Positions 28,648 through 38,777 of a stretch of DNA of 51,771 bases are shown here, one piece after another. The notes beneath the pieces are model-generated. The model ran no database searches, was not told the origin of the DNA, and was given only the letters and a program-made list of their open reading frames with translations. The DNA is from a virus (taxonomy: Duplodnaviria; Caudoviricetes): positions 1 to 51,771 of IMG/VR virus record IMGVR_UViG_3300025671_000094; one strand, 5' to 3'. Position 1 is the stretch's first letter. Each line of letters starts with the position of its first letter. A program made the position numbers and the translations under genes.

Positions 28648-28922
28648 GTTGTCCTCACTGTAGCTGCTTTAGTATTCTTAACATACTGTTTCTTTTTCTT
28701 AATGCCTTCACGTTTCTTTTTAGTTGTTGCAGCATATTCTTTAGCAGTGAGACTAGCAAGTTTAGCTTTAGGCAAGTATCTTTCACCTGTAGCTTTATTA
28801 CCTACAATAGAATTCTTACCGCTTCTAGTACCCCAGTCTGCTTCAGTCCATTTAATCATTGAAATAGCTTCTTTAGAAAGTGGTCCTTTTTTAACACCCG
28901 GTCTTGTTTTAGGAGGACTCAT
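28644..28922 (-). CDS. basic conserved phage protein
   Basis: W...DWGTRSGK...TGERYLP motif; Lys-rich. Confidence 0.7.
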   Translation of the reverse strand: MSPPKTRPGVKKGPLSKEAISMIKWTEADWGTRSGKNSIVGNKATGERYLPKAKLASLTAKEYAATTKKKREGIKKKKQYVKNTKAATVRTT

Positions 28923-29125
28923 GTTGTATAACCTCCACCTTTAGCTTTATATTCTTTAGCAACAGCTTGCATAAGCCTTGCACTTACTTGTCCGGGTTTA
29001 CCGTACTTACCGCTTGCTTTTAATCTTTCAAAAATTGCTTTACGTAACTTTGGATTAGTATAATTACCTGCACTATTAACAGTGCTTTTCTTTTTCTTTG
29101 CTAGTGGACCTGGTCTTTTCCTCAT
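28919..29125 (-). CDS. basic conserved phage protein (DUF5872-like)
   Basis: NYTNPKLRK...GKPGQ.SAR....KEYKAKGGGY. Confidence 0.7.
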   Translation of the reverse strand: MRKRPGPLAKKKKSTVNSAGNYTNPKLRKAIFERLKASGKYGKPGQVSARLMQAVAKEYKAKGGGYTT

Positions 29126-29517
29126 TTAGCTTTCCCCTTAACTTTTTCAAATGTCCTAAGTCCACCAAGACCAAGCATACCCATGAGTACAGTCATCAGT
29201 GTTTCCATTTCAAATTCAGGCAAAGTAGGAATTTCTACAGCAAACCAACTAACAAAGAATAGGGTTATAGGTAATCCTACGAAGTGCCAAAATAATGCAA
29301 TGCCGCAAGTCCACCCAATAAAGGGTCTCCAACCAGCTACAAACATATTACGGCTAGCAGCCTCTGCTTTATTTATTTCTAGCTGTCCTTTAGCTAATTC
29401 TTGAGCGTGTCGTTCACCCATAGTAGCTAGCTCATGAGCAATCCTAGCCTTTTCATCTGCATCAGGAATAAACTTATCTAACAGTCCTGTTACTGGCCCT
29501 ATTAAAGCTTGTATCAT
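29122..29517 (-). CDS. holin, 3TM gene-transfer-release (GTA holin) family
   Basis: GWRPFIGW and MLGLGGLRTFEK motifs with TM helices; near the endolysin. Confidence 0.85.
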   Translation of the reverse strand: MIQALIGPVTGLLDKFIPDADEKARIAHELATMGERHAQELAKGQLEINKAEAASRNMFVAGWRPFIGWTCGIALFWHFVGLPITLFFVSWFAVEIPTLPEFEMETLMTVLMGMLGLGGLRTFEKVKGKAK

Positions 29518-29721
29518 TTATAACTCCTGCCCTTTTAATTTAACACAACGAAACATTTTAGGTTTTAAATCGTACCCTTGCATTTCCATAATGTTGTTAC
29601 CCATTTCGTAAGCTCTTGAAGAACACTGATCGTATGTCTTATAAGGACCACGTGTATCGTGAAACTCCCAACAATCTGTAGGTACAGACAAGCTGCAAGC
29701 TAATACTAAGACTTTAAACAT
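29518..29721 (-). CDS. small exported Cys-containing protein
   Basis: Hydrophobic N-terminus MFKVLVLAC; four Cys. Confidence 0.65.
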   Translation of the reverse strand: MFKVLVLACSLSVPTDCWEFHDTRGPYKTYDQCSSRAYEMGNNIMEMQGYDLKPKMFRCVKLKGQEL

Positions 29722-29731
29722 AATAGTTTCC

Positions 29732-30199
29732 TCATATAATATTAACTACTACTACAATTACAATAACTATTGCAACTATAATAGAGATTACTAATAAGAT
29801 AGTTTGAAATAATTCTTCTATCTCTTTAGCTTTTTGTATTTGTATTCTCTTAGCTTCCATAGCTTTAGCTTTTTCTTCTTGTATTCTTTTAGCACGTTCA
29901 TTTACAATAGATTTCCAGGTACCATGACCAAATCGCATATCTACTAGTGAAGCTACTTCTTGTAATTTTTCAGCTGCTAGTCGAGCATCAATAACTTCAG
30001 CGGCAACTCCTTTAATGCCTCCAAAGCTATCAACACCCGACTTTTGATTTCTTTTTTGTTGTACTTGTTTTTCGCCCTCAAACAATTTATCTATATGCCC
30101 AGCTATTTCGCTAATGTCATTACAAGTACCAATCATACTTTTAATGCCATCTACTGCGCCTTTAACAAGAGCTATACCTGCCATTGTTTCTGCGATCAT
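29732..30199 (-). CDS. coiled-coil protein with C-terminal transmembrane helix
   Basis: Strongly hydrophobic C-terminus ILLVISIIVAIVIVIVVVV. Confidence 0.75.
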   Translation of the reverse strand: MIAETMAGIALVKGAVDGIKSMIGTCNDISEIAGHIDKLFEGEKQVQQKRNQKSGVDSFGGIKGVAAEVIDARLAAEKLQEVASLVDMRFGHGTWKSIVNERAKRIQEEKAKAMEAKRIQIQKAKEIEELFQTILLVISIIVAIVIVIVVVVNII

Positions 30200-30222
30200 T
30201 TTACACTCCTGGAATTACTCCA

Positions 30223-30426
30223 TTAGAGTTTCATCAACAGTGATGAGGCAAGACCAATTATTACTATAGTTGATCCCATTATCATTGCTTCTAATCTCCA
30301 CAATCTTTTGTCGAGATTAGTTAGTTTGTCTTCTACAGATTGATACCGGATAGCACATTCTTTTTCGTGTGCTTCTAGTTCTAGTGCCACACGAAGTTCA
30401 GGGGTTACAGACTGCTCTAGTTTCAT
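30223..30426 (-). CDS. small coiled-coil plus TM protein (XhlA-like)
   Basis: HEKECAIRY...RLE followed by a TM helix. Confidence 0.7.
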   Translation of the reverse strand: MKLEQSVTPELRVALELEAHEKECAIRYQSVEDKLTNLDKRLWRLEAMIMGSTIVIIGLASSLLMKL

Positions 30427-30430
30427 TTAT

Positions 30431-30712
30431 TTACTCCGGCTTAGTCGGCCAAGTTACGCTTGCAGGAAATCCAGCTTGCGCTGGTATGTCACGCAGAGCT
30501 TGGCGATAAACAATCCAAGCATTAGACATAGTAACATCACTCAAAGCCATCCAGTCTGTTTCAGCAAGTAACCTGTCACGTTGATTGCGTATATCCAATG
30601 CAACGCTATTGCTTTCCTCAACAGCCCAAATAGATTCTCTAGCATTTCGCGCAGTAATTTCAGCTTCAGTTAACTCTGTTAAAACTCCATTCACACTTTT
30701 ATAATTAGCCAT
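30431..30712 (-). CDS. tail fibre assembly chaperone
   Basis: RNQRDRLLAETDW...YRQALRDIP.Q.GFP...WP.KP signature. Confidence 0.85.
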   Translation of the reverse strand: MANYKSVNGVLTELTEAEITARNARESIWAVEESNSVALDIRNQRDRLLAETDWMALSDVTMSNAWIVYRQALRDIPAQAGFPASVTWPTKPE

Positions 30713-31251
30713 TATTCAGATATCCCATACAATGAAATCGTTCCGTTATTAAAACTAGCTGTTAACTCAATACAATTACTTCCTTGTTGCCCCCAATATC
30801 CGCCGGTTTTGGTAGTGGTATTATTGTTACTACTTCCAGCAGTTATTCCATAAAACGTATAAACACCTCTGCGATAGTTTAGAGTAGAAACACGAGCTAA
30901 GTCATATATGTAAAGATTTCCAAAAACACCATATTTATAGGCCGAAGTGTTTATAGAAAACTCTGGCCCGCTAGTGCTACTCCCATCGTTTTTGTAATTA
31001 TTACCACTGTCATATGTACCGTCAATTCCATAGCGCATTGTAAGATTGCTATAATTGGTACTTGCGTTTAACAGCATAAGATAATGGTCATAAGTATCAA
31101 GTCCAGTAAACTCTATAGAACTTACTGCTGAACTAATTGTGGTTGTACTAATTAAATTAAATGCACCACCACCAGCCGCCGCACCATCTAGCGTGATGCT
31201 GCCACTAGTAGCACTAATGTCGTTGGTTTGATGGTTAATCGTTAAAGCCAT
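30712..31251 (-). CDS. tail fibre-associated protein
   Basis: LISTTTISSAVSSIEF...YD.Y...GTISLYGI domain typical of marine phage fibre modules. Confidence 0.65.
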   Translation of the reverse strand: MALTINHQTNDISATSGSITLDGAAAGGGAFNLISTTTISSAVSSIEFTGLDTYDHYLMLLNASTNYSNLTMRYGIDGTYDSGNNYKNDGSSTSGPEFSINTSAYKYGVFGNLYIYDLARVSTLNYRRGVYTFYGITAGSSNNNTTTKTGGYWGQQGSNCIELTASFNNGTISLYGISE

Positions 31252-31260
31252 TATCTACTC

Positions 31261-31566
31261 CTAAACGGCTGTAGAACCAGCCATATCATCCTGCGCCATA
31301 ACCCAGCTATAACACTTGTCTAAAAAAGCATCGCCGCTACTAGCATTAATGTCGTCTAGGTTTGCGTGATAACGTTTAAAGTCTACCTCACGAGTGTCAT
31401 CTGTGGGCGAATTACTAGCGTAACCTGACAGATCAATCATTACCTCAAACTTCGGGTCTGTTCCACGTTGGCGAGAGATTGCTGCCGTTACAATACGGTA
31501 GTATGCGTTATTAAATGCAATGCCGTACTGACTTGCACTTTCTGCAATATTGTTTTGAATTGCCAT
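31261..31566 (-). CDS. putative fibre chaperone/hypothetical protein
   Basis: YGIAFNNAYYRI...CYSW; follows the fibre genes; AGGAG RBS. Confidence 0.6.
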   Translation of the reverse strand: MAIQNNIAESASQYGIAFNNAYYRIVTAAISRQRGTDPKFEVMIDLSGYASNSPTDDTREVDFKRYHANLDDINASSGDAFLDKCYSWVMAQDDMAGSTAV

Positions 31567-31581
31567 TTTATTTTGCTCCTT

Positions 31582-32847
31582 TTAAGCGTAAATAGTTTCG
31601 ACTGTGCGGATGTTCGCCACCCAGCGAATGTTGTGTGATGCTTCACCAGTGACTGTTATTGCTAGTCTGTTGTTTGTATTGTCTGCTGTTAGTGCAAGAC
31701 CCCAATTAGGTGTGTTATGAATTGTGGTTATTGCGCTGTTAACAAGAGTTGTTGTACCAGCATCATTAACAATCATTCCTTCGATTTTCCAACCAGCATA
31801 AGAGTTAACACCAGACTCTAGACCAGTAATGAGGCCATCAAAAACAACTGCCCCATTAGTAGGAACTTTAATTCTTGCTGAAGATTCAGCAAGTTCTGTT
31901 GCAGTTGCATCGGTTGTTTGTACACGCAGAATATACATTCTGCCTTGTGCATCACCTAGTGCCGACCCAAAATAACCACTCCCTGCAAAAGCAATACCGC
32001 CTTTAACATCTGAATAAGCTGGGTAGCCAATAGCCACAGCAGCTTCCGCTGTAGCTTGTGCGCTACGACCCATTGCAATTGCATTTGTACCTGACGCAGT
32101 ACAACCACGACCAATTGAAGTTGAACCAATTCCAGACGCTGTTGGGCCATCTCCGATTGCTACGGCTCCGCCACCTGACGCAGTTGCACTGCCACTATAT
32201 GTGTTTGAAGAAATTGCTACAGATTTTGCGCCAGTGGCCTTTGCTTGATACCCTATAGCAACGCTACTAGCACCAGTCGCACCGTAGGTTGTGGTATTGT
32301 TAGTTATTACTGCCGCAAAACTATCTTCACCATTTGCTCTAGAATTACCTAATGAAACCGCTCTTCTTGTTCCTGCTTGTGCATTATGTCCGAGAGCTAA
32401 TGCTCCGTCATTTGCAGCGTAAGCACTAGAACCGAAGGCTTGAGCATTAGATCCAAATGCGTGAGCATTGTATCCTACAGCAGTAGAATACGCATTGTTT
32501 ACATCTGTACTAGTTCCAATAGCAAGGCTATTTTGTACATTAGCTCTTACTCTTGCTTGATAACCTATTGCAATAGGATTAGTAGTTCCGCTTAAAGCAC
32601 CGTATGAAGTGTCTCCAATGTTTATTGCAATTCCTCTAGTTCCGGCAGAAACAGAAGCTTCACCAATAGCAATTGCGTTAGTACCAGTTGCAGAAGGCTG
32701 TGAAGTTGGACTGCTTTCATTAGCAGCATAAAGGTCAGCACCACCACCACCACCAATAGCAGTACCATCTAGCAATAAACTTGTTCCATCAGAGCTTAGT
32801 GTTACGCTGCTACCGGAGCCAGTGTTATCTAAATTAATTTCACCCAT
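31582..32847 (-). CDS. fibre/adhesin paralog 3 with YadA-head-like repeats
   Basis: ~14-residue A.A.G/AIAIG repeats; C-terminal LTADNTNN...HNIRWVA domain. Confidence 0.8.
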   Translation of the reverse strand: MGEINLDNTGSGSSVTLSSDGTSLLLDGTAIGGGGGADLYAANESSPTSQPSATGTNAIAIGEASVSAGTRGIAINIGDTSYGALSGTTNPIAIGYQARVRANVQNSLAIGTSTDVNNAYSTAVGYNAHAFGSNAQAFGSSAYAANDGALALGHNAQAGTRRAVSLGNSRANGEDSFAAVITNNTTTYGATGASSVAIGYQAKATGAKSVAISSNTYSGSATASGGGAVAIGDGPTASGIGSTSIGRGCTASGTNAIAMGRSAQATAEAAVAIGYPAYSDVKGGIAFAGSGYFGSALGDAQGRMYILRVQTTDATATELAESSARIKVPTNGAVVFDGLITGLESGVNSYAGWKIEGMIVNDAGTTTLVNSAITTIHNTPNWGLALTADNTNNRLAITVTGEASHNIRWVANIRTVETIYA

Positions 32848-32858
32848 ATCTATTACTC

Positions 32859-34115
32859 CTAAGCATATGTCACCTCACTAGTTGAAATATTAGCAACCCA
32901 ACGAATGTTGTGAGCAGCTTCACCTGTACAGGTAATTGCTAAAGCATTGTTTGTATTATCAGCGGTCAAAGCTACAGTCCAACCGTTGCCATCTGCAAAA
33001 GTCTGTATGTTGCTACTTACTAGTGTAGTTGTCCCGCCATCGTTTTTAAGTAGACCTTTAATTTCCCAGCCACCTTGGTCTTGTGCGCCGTTTTGCATAG
33101 CTACAAGTGTTCCGCTGAACATAATGCAAGTGTCAGTAAACGCTACAAGTTGGTTAGTAGAACCTGCCGCACTTGTATTTGTACGCAAAACAGTAGGTGT
33201 AGCATCTGTTGTAGCGGCTCCTAAAATCATCATACCGCCTTGTGAACCACCTACACCAAAACCACCAGCAAAAGTTCCTGAAAAACCAAAATATCCACCA
33301 TAAGAATACTTGCCAATTTCTTTAGCTGAAGCACGATTTCCAAAGGCATATGATTCCTGACCAGTAGCATAGTTAGTGCTACCTCCTAATGCTGTTGCTC
33401 TTGTACCAGAGGCAGTATTGTTTTCGCCTCCAATTGAGGTTGCTTGAATGCCACTTGCTGTAGTTGTATTTCCAGAAATTGCTAAAGATTGTGTGTTAGT
33501 AGACTTGGCTAGACTTCCTATAGCAACGCTACTAGCACCAGTCGCACCGTAGGTTGATGTGTTGTTGGCTATGTTTGCAGCAAAAGCACCGCCACCTTGT
33601 GCGTAAGAATTACCTATAGCAGTTGCATAATTTCCAGCAACAGTATAAGCATCATAGCCTATTGCTAAGGCATAACTATTATTTAAACAAGTTGCATCGT
33701 AACCAATAGACACACTTTGTTGTCCGGTAGCGTATGCTTCATTTCCAATTGCCACGCTATTAGATGCACTAGCCCCTGCTCTTGCTAATCTACCTATAGC
33801 TACACTATAACTACCTTCAGCAAGAGCCTGATCCCCCATAGCAATTGTATTAGAACCAGTTGCGCCTTTAATTGAATTTTGAGTATTAACTGCAAAGCTG
33901 TTATTTCCTGATGCTACTGATTCTTCACCAATCGCAATTGCGTTAGTACCTGTTGCACTTGGTTGAGCCGATGGTGTGCTTTCATTAGCAGCATAAAGGT
34001 CTGCACCACCACCGCCGCCGCCAATCGCAGAGCCATCTAGCAGTAGGTCGGTACCGTCAGAGCTTAGCGTTACTCCAGAACCGGAACCTGTGTGATCTAA
34101 TTCAATTTTTCCCAT
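32859..34115 (-). CDS. fibre/adhesin paralog 2 with YadA-head-like repeats
   Basis: Start at MGKIELDHTG (TAATG overlap with the upstream stop); same architecture as 31582-32847. Confidence 0.8.
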   Translation of the reverse strand: MGKIELDHTGSGSGVTLSSDGTDLLLDGSAIGGGGGGADLYAANESTPSAQPSATGTNAIAIGEESVASGNNSFAVNTQNSIKGATGSNTIAMGDQALAEGSYSVAIGRLARAGASASNSVAIGNEAYATGQQSVSIGYDATCLNNSYALAIGYDAYTVAGNYATAIGNSYAQGGGAFAANIANNTSTYGATGASSVAIGSLAKSTNTQSLAISGNTTTASGIQATSIGGENNTASGTRATALGGSTNYATGQESYAFGNRASAKEIGKYSYGGYFGFSGTFAGGFGVGGSQGGMMILGAATTDATPTVLRTNTSAAGSTNQLVAFTDTCIMFSGTLVAMQNGAQDQGGWEIKGLLKNDGGTTTLVSSNIQTFADGNGWTVALTADNTNNALAITCTGEAAHNIRWVANISTSEVTYA

Positions 34116-37100
34116 TACGCGTATGTCACCTCCGATGTATGAACGGTGGCAACCCACCTAATATTTGTAGACGCTGCACCAGTAACTTCAATTTTTAAGC
34201 CACCATTAGTTGTGTCGGCAGTTAAAGCAATAGCCCAAGCAGATGCGCCTGCGGTTGCATAGAGTTTATTTTGAATACCATTGCCTAATACAGTTGATGC
34301 AGCATTAGCATCACGTAGCAATGCTCCTTTAATTTCCCAACTTGCGTAGTCGCTGCCATCAGTTGCATCTTCACGAGCAATAATTGTGCCTAAAAAACTG
34401 TAGGCTGAATTGTTGGGTAGAATAAGCTGGTTATTAGTAGACGCTGTACTGTTGTTTGTTGTTAAGGCTTCCGCTGTAGCATCTGTAGTGTCGCTACGAA
34501 GAATAAACAAACCGTGTTGACTATCTCCCGTTGCGGCAAAGTAGCCATTACCGTAGCCATGACGACCTATTACAGTCGATGCTTGAGCCTGATAACCAAG
34601 AGCAGTTGTGTTATTTGCGTTTGCACTTGAATTTGGACCTAACACGATACTATACTGGGGGCTTGAGAAAGTCTTTGCTTGATAACCAAAAGCACTAGAC
34701 CTAAGTCCTGAAGCTATCGCATTACTCCCGACAGCTTGAGTTTCTTGTGCTGTAGCTTGACTATTATAACCAATACTAGTAGCTCCAGTGTTTGTTGCCT
34801 TCGCATGACGCCCTATAGCAACACTATTATTACCACTTGTACCATAGCTTGAAGTGTTGTTTGCTATAGCCGCCGCAAAACTATTTGAACCAGAGGCTCT
34901 TGAATTTGTTGTGGCGTGAGAATACCCGCCAGTAGAAACAGAACTGTGACCATCAGCAAAAGATTGTGTGCCAGAAGATAAACTATTTCCACCAATTGCG
35001 ATTGTGTTGCTATTGTTAGATTCGCCATTTCCGATTGATATTGCGTTAAAACCACTTGCTAAAGAACTGAAGCCAAACGCAATTGCATTAGCTCCTGATG
35101 ATACCGCACTGTCACCAATTGCAACCGCATCATCGCCTGTCGCTGAAGGTTGTGCTGTTACACTAACTTCATTTGCAGCATAAAGGTCTGCACCACCGCT
35201 GGACGGAAGATTGGTCAATCCACTTCCATCACCAGTCACGGCTGTTGCTGCTAAAGTGCCTGTGACTGTTACGCCTGTCGATGTTGTTTCAAACTTTTTA
35301 ATATTATTATGATATAAATCAACAGACCCATCCGCACTAAAAGAAGCATACTCTTCGCCTCCACCTTGTGTAGCAAAAGTTATATCACTACCAATAATTC
35401 TAGTTGAACCTCCGCTATACAACCTAAGCTCTGCGCCATTAGAGTATATGGAAGAATGGTTTGAATTGCCTAAATACAAACGATCATTAGATGCTAATTT
35501 GATATCAAAACTATTAGACTCAAGATCACCACCAAGTTGCGGCGAAGTATCATCAACTACGTTACTAATCCCGCCACTAGCTGGAACAACCCAATCATAA
35601 TCAGTGCCTGTCCACGACAAAACCTCACTTGATGATGCGGTTGATGTATTAAGATGAGCGTCTACCAGAGGCTCTACGTTAGCTGCATCTGTGACATCTG
35701 CTGACGCTTCGATGCTATTTAACTTTGTATGATCCGCATCTGTGAATACATTACTATCTGTAGCACTTTCAACCAACGCACGGATTTCAGATGCTGTTTG
35801 ATCAGTAGTAGCACCGGCTTCTATTCCGTTTAATTTACTGTGGTCTGCATCTGTGAATACATTACTATCTGTTGCACTTTCTACTAAAGCTCTGATTTCT
35901 GCGGCTGTCTGATCTGTGGTAGCTCCGGCTTCGATACCATCTAACTTAGCACCGTCAACAGATACATCACGACCATCGAAAGTTGAGTTAGTAGTAATGG
36001 CCCCTGTCATAGCCCCACCACTACGAGGCAAAGCTGCATCAGCAGTTGTCCCTTGTGCGGCGGTAGCATAATTAGAGCTATCAAAAGCTTTTACTTGTGC
36101 AAGATTAGTAACCTCACTGTCCATCAAAGCACCAGCAGCGGTAACATTAGTTGTATCTGTTACATCTGCATTAGTTTCTATAGTATCAAGCTTAGTGCCA
36201 TCAACAGATACATCACGACCATCAACAGTTTGCGCTCCTGTAAAAGTAAGATTGCCTGTTAATGAAGTTGCACCTAATGTTTTATTAGTAAGTGTTTGAG
36301 TACCTGTTAGCGTAGCTACTGTGCTGTCAATATTTAATGTGACTGCACCACTAGTTCCACCGCCAGAAAGACCTGTACCTGCAGTAACTGCAGTTATATC
36401 GCCTACTGGAACGGTTGCTATTTGTGTATCTACATATGATTTGATTGCTTGCTGTGTTGATAAAGCCGTAGCACTATTAGATGCCATATTATCTTCATCA
36501 AGAATACTATTTACAAGAGTAGTACTAGCTAAGTTAATACTAGGCGCAGTGATAGCGCCAGTAAAGTCAGCACCTGATAAAGAAGCAAACCCTTGACCTG
36601 ACACATAAGCAGCTACCCAAGCTGATCCCGTATATACTTTCATTACATTATCAGTTGTATTAAAGTATAACATTCCTGCTTGTAATGGATCACCATCGTT
36701 ATCTACTGTAGGATCAGAAGATTTTTCACCAAGATACTTATCATCAAAATTATCAAAAGCTGCTAATGCTTGATCTCTTGCTGCCTCAGAAGCTGTTTTA
36801 GCAGTTTCAGAAGCAGTAGCCGAAGTAGCAGAAGCAGTAGCTGAAGTAGCCGCTGCCGTTGCGCTTGTGCTAGCATTAGTAGCTTGCGTACTTGCAGTTG
36901 AAGCGCTTGTAGCTGCATTGGTTTCGCTTGAGGCTGCGTTTGTTTCAGAGGTAGCTGCAGCGGATTCACTTGCAGCTGCATTAGTTTCGCTCGTAGAGGC
37001 TGCTGAAGCTGAATTACTAGCGTTTGTTGCACTAGTTGCAGCAGATGTAGCGCTATTTGAAGCATTAGTTGCCTGAGTGCTTGCTGTCGAAGCACTTGTA

Positions 37101-37894
37101 GCTGCATTGGTTTCAGACGTAGCTGCATTAGTTTCGCTTGTAGAAGCTGCTGAAGCTGAGTTTGACGCATTAGTCGCTGAAGTTGCGCTAGTTGTCGCGC
37201 TGTTTGCTGCTGCTGTAGCTGAGTTAGCTGCATTTGTTTCAGCAGTTTCAGCGTTAGTCTCAGCAGTTTCAGCATTAGTCTCAGCAGTTTCTGCAGCTGT
37301 TTGTGCTGTACTTGCTGAAGTAGCAGAATTTGCAGCATTAGTTGCGCTTGTTGATGCTTCGCTAGCTTTAGTAGATGCTGTAGAAGCACTTGTGGCTGCA
37401 TTTGTTTCAGAAGAAGCCGCTGCTGTTTCACTAGCGGCTGCCGCTGTTTCGGATGCTGCAGCTGCTGCTGCATTTGCAGCTACTGAAGAGGCACTCCCAG
37501 CCGCTGCCGTTGCGCTCCCAGCTGCGTTTGTTTCAGAGGTAGCTGCATTACTTGCTGAAGTATTAGCTGCAGTTCGATCAAGCCCTGTTTGTACTCTATC
37601 TGCTGCCGTATTAACTGCATCTGCTGCCGTATTAACTGCATCTGCTGCTGCTTCACTAGCTTTAGTAGAAGCAGTTGTTGCACTAGTAGCTGCATTAGTA
37701 GCACTAGCAGCTGCGTTAGAAGCGCTTGCCCCTGCTGCTGTTGCTGCAGTTTGTGCTGCTTCAGCATTAGATGCAATAGCAGTATTAATGCTATTTAAAA
37801 TAGTGTCTGAGCCAGTGTTAAGAAGACCTCCGCTAGAGGAATCATCAGTTGAACCTACGCTATTGGAGGTATCTGGATTTGCTGGTATAGTCAT
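34115..37894 (-). CDS. long tail fibre: Ala/Ser/Thr heptad stalk plus YadA-like head
   Basis: SETNAA repeats, FDDKYLG..., duplicated 37-aa IEAGATTDQT module, distal part paralogous to the next two genes. Confidence 0.88.
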   Translation of the reverse strand: MTIPANPDTSNSVGSTDDSSSGGLLNTGSDTILNSINTAIASNAEAAQTAATAAGASASNAAASATNAATSATTASTKASEAAADAVNTAADAVNTAADRVQTGLDRTAANTSASNAATSETNAAGSATAAAGSASSVAANAAAAAASETAAAASETAAASSETNAATSASTASTKASEASTSATNAANSATSASTAQTAAETAETNAETAETNAETAETNAANSATAAANSATTSATSATNASNSASAASTSETNAATSETNAATSASTASTQATNASNSATSAATSATNASNSASAASTSETNAAASESAAATSETNAASSETNAATSASTASTQATNASTSATAAATSATASATSATASETAKTASEAARDQALAAFDNFDDKYLGEKSSDPTVDNDGDPLQAGMLYFNTTDNVMKVYTGSAWVAAYVSGQGFASLSGADFTGAITAPSINLASTTLVNSILDEDNMASNSATALSTQQAIKSYVDTQIATVPVGDITAVTAGTGLSGGGTSGAVTLNIDSTVATLTGTQTLTNKTLGATSLTGNLTFTGAQTVDGRDVSVDGTKLDTIETNADVTDTTNVTAAGALMDSEVTNLAQVKAFDSSNYATAAQGTTADAALPRSGGAMTGAITTNSTFDGRDVSVDGAKLDGIEAGATTDQTAAEIRALVESATDSNVFTDADHSKLNGIEAGATTDQTASEIRALVESATDSNVFTDADHTKLNSIEASADVTDAANVEPLVDAHLNTSTASSSEVLSWTGTDYDWVVPASGGISNVVDDTSPQLGGDLESNSFDIKLASNDRLYLGNSNHSSIYSNGAELRLYSGGSTRIIGSDITFATQGGGEEYASFSADGSVDLYHNNIKKFETTSTGVTVTGTLAATAVTGDGSGLTNLPSSGGADLYAANEVSVTAQPSATGDDAVAIGDSAVSSGANAIAFGFSSLASGFNAISIGNGESNNSNTIAIGGNSLSSGTQSFADGHSSVSTGGYSHATTNSRASGSNSFAAAIANNTSSYGTSGNNSVAIGRHAKATNTGATSIGYNSQATAQETQAVGSNAIASGLRSSAFGYQAKTFSSPQYSIVLGPNSSANANNTTALGYQAQASTVIGRHGYGNGYFAATGDSQHGLFILRSDTTDATAEALTTNNSTASTNNQLILPNNSAYSFLGTIIAREDATDGSDYASWEIKGALLRDANAASTVLGNGIQNKLYATAGASAWAIALTADTTNGGLKIEVTGAASTNIRWVATVHTSEVTYA
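37598..37648. repeat. 21-bp tandem repeat (~2.4 copies) within the fibre stalk
   Basis: ATCTGCTGCCGTATTAACTGC x2 plus a partial copy, encoding AADAVNT repeats. Confidence 0.9.
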
Positions 37895-38763
37895 TATAGT
37901 AAACCCCCTGCGCTATAAGTCATTTGAATATTGCCGCCTGAAGCGCTACGTTGATTGTCTTCAGCATTTAATTCATCTATTTCAGCTATAAACATAGCTA
38001 AGTATTTTTGAGCTTGATCATCATCTTGAAGATAAGCAAATGCTTCTGCAAGAGACCCCATAAGAAGAACTCTTTCGTTTTCATCGCGTAACCAGTTAAA
38101 AGCTAATTTACCAACAAAGTAGCCATTAGTTTGTGTTCCACCAGCAGCGGTTGCTTCGGCTTGCGTTGCATAAGCTGTTGTTACTCCGTTTACTTCTGAA
38201 AAGAAAAGTTGAACAGCACCTGTTGCTCCCTGAGAAGAAGTATCAAGTAGTCCAGCAGACCAGTTTGCAGGAGTAACGGTATACAGTGCATTAAGTGCAG
38301 GTAGTCTACGATAATAATGTAGTTCTACTTTGTCTGCTCCATTCGAGCTATCAAAGCCAGGAGATAATAAAATACTATTTCCTTTTCTAGTCCAATAAGC
38401 AGAATAATTATATTTATTAGACGTCCAATCATTAAAAGTTCTTAAATCAGTTTTCTCATTAAAAACCCTAGTAGGTTGACCATTAGCATCAATCTCACGA
38501 ATTTGAATAAACTCAATAAGATCTGACGGTATTGTTAACTCTGTTTTACTAGGCACTAAATTACTATTAGAAGTTGTAGCTGTTAACAAACTTGCAGAAG
38601 TATAAGTAATTGTGTTTTCAAGAGGTAATACGCGAAGTTTACGGTAAGCTTTATCTGCTGCATATCGTAAACAGTCTTTTATTCTCGCATCTGAAAGAAC
38701 TGTAGAATCCTTATTAGACCAGTCTCGCACTAATGCAACAAGTTCTGTGTATGTTAATGCCAT
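37894..38763 (-). CDS. head-tail adaptor (tail tubular protein A-like)
   Basis: TYTELVALVRDW, IPSDL, HYYRRLPAL, LLMGSLAEA..YL pattern; position after capsid. Confidence 0.75.
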   Translation of the reverse strand: MALTYTELVALVRDWSNKDSTVLSDARIKDCLRYAADKAYRKLRVLPLENTITYTSASLLTATTSNSNLVPSKTELTIPSDLIEFIQIREIDANGQPTRVFNEKTDLRTFNDWTSNKYNYSAYWTRKGNSILLSPGFDSSNGADKVELHYYRRLPALNALYTVTPANWSAGLLDTSSQGATGAVQLFFSEVNGVTTAYATQAEATAAGGTQTNGYFVGKLAFNWLRDENERVLLMGSLAEAFAYLQDDDQAQKYLAMFIAEIDELNAEDNQRSASGGNIQMTYSAGGLL

Positions 38764-38777
38764 TCTTGGCCTCCTAA

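Noticed and set aside
31582-35200. Diversity-generating retroelement acting on the fibre paralogs
   Set aside because: No reverse transcriptase in the window and no template/variable repeat pair with adenine-specific mismatches was seen
36763-37991. Long alternative-frame and antisense ORFs (304 aa, 236 aa) over the fibre stalk
   Set aside because: Shadows of Ala/Ser/Thr GCN/TCN/ACN repeats that lack stop codons in other frames; no RBS or operon context
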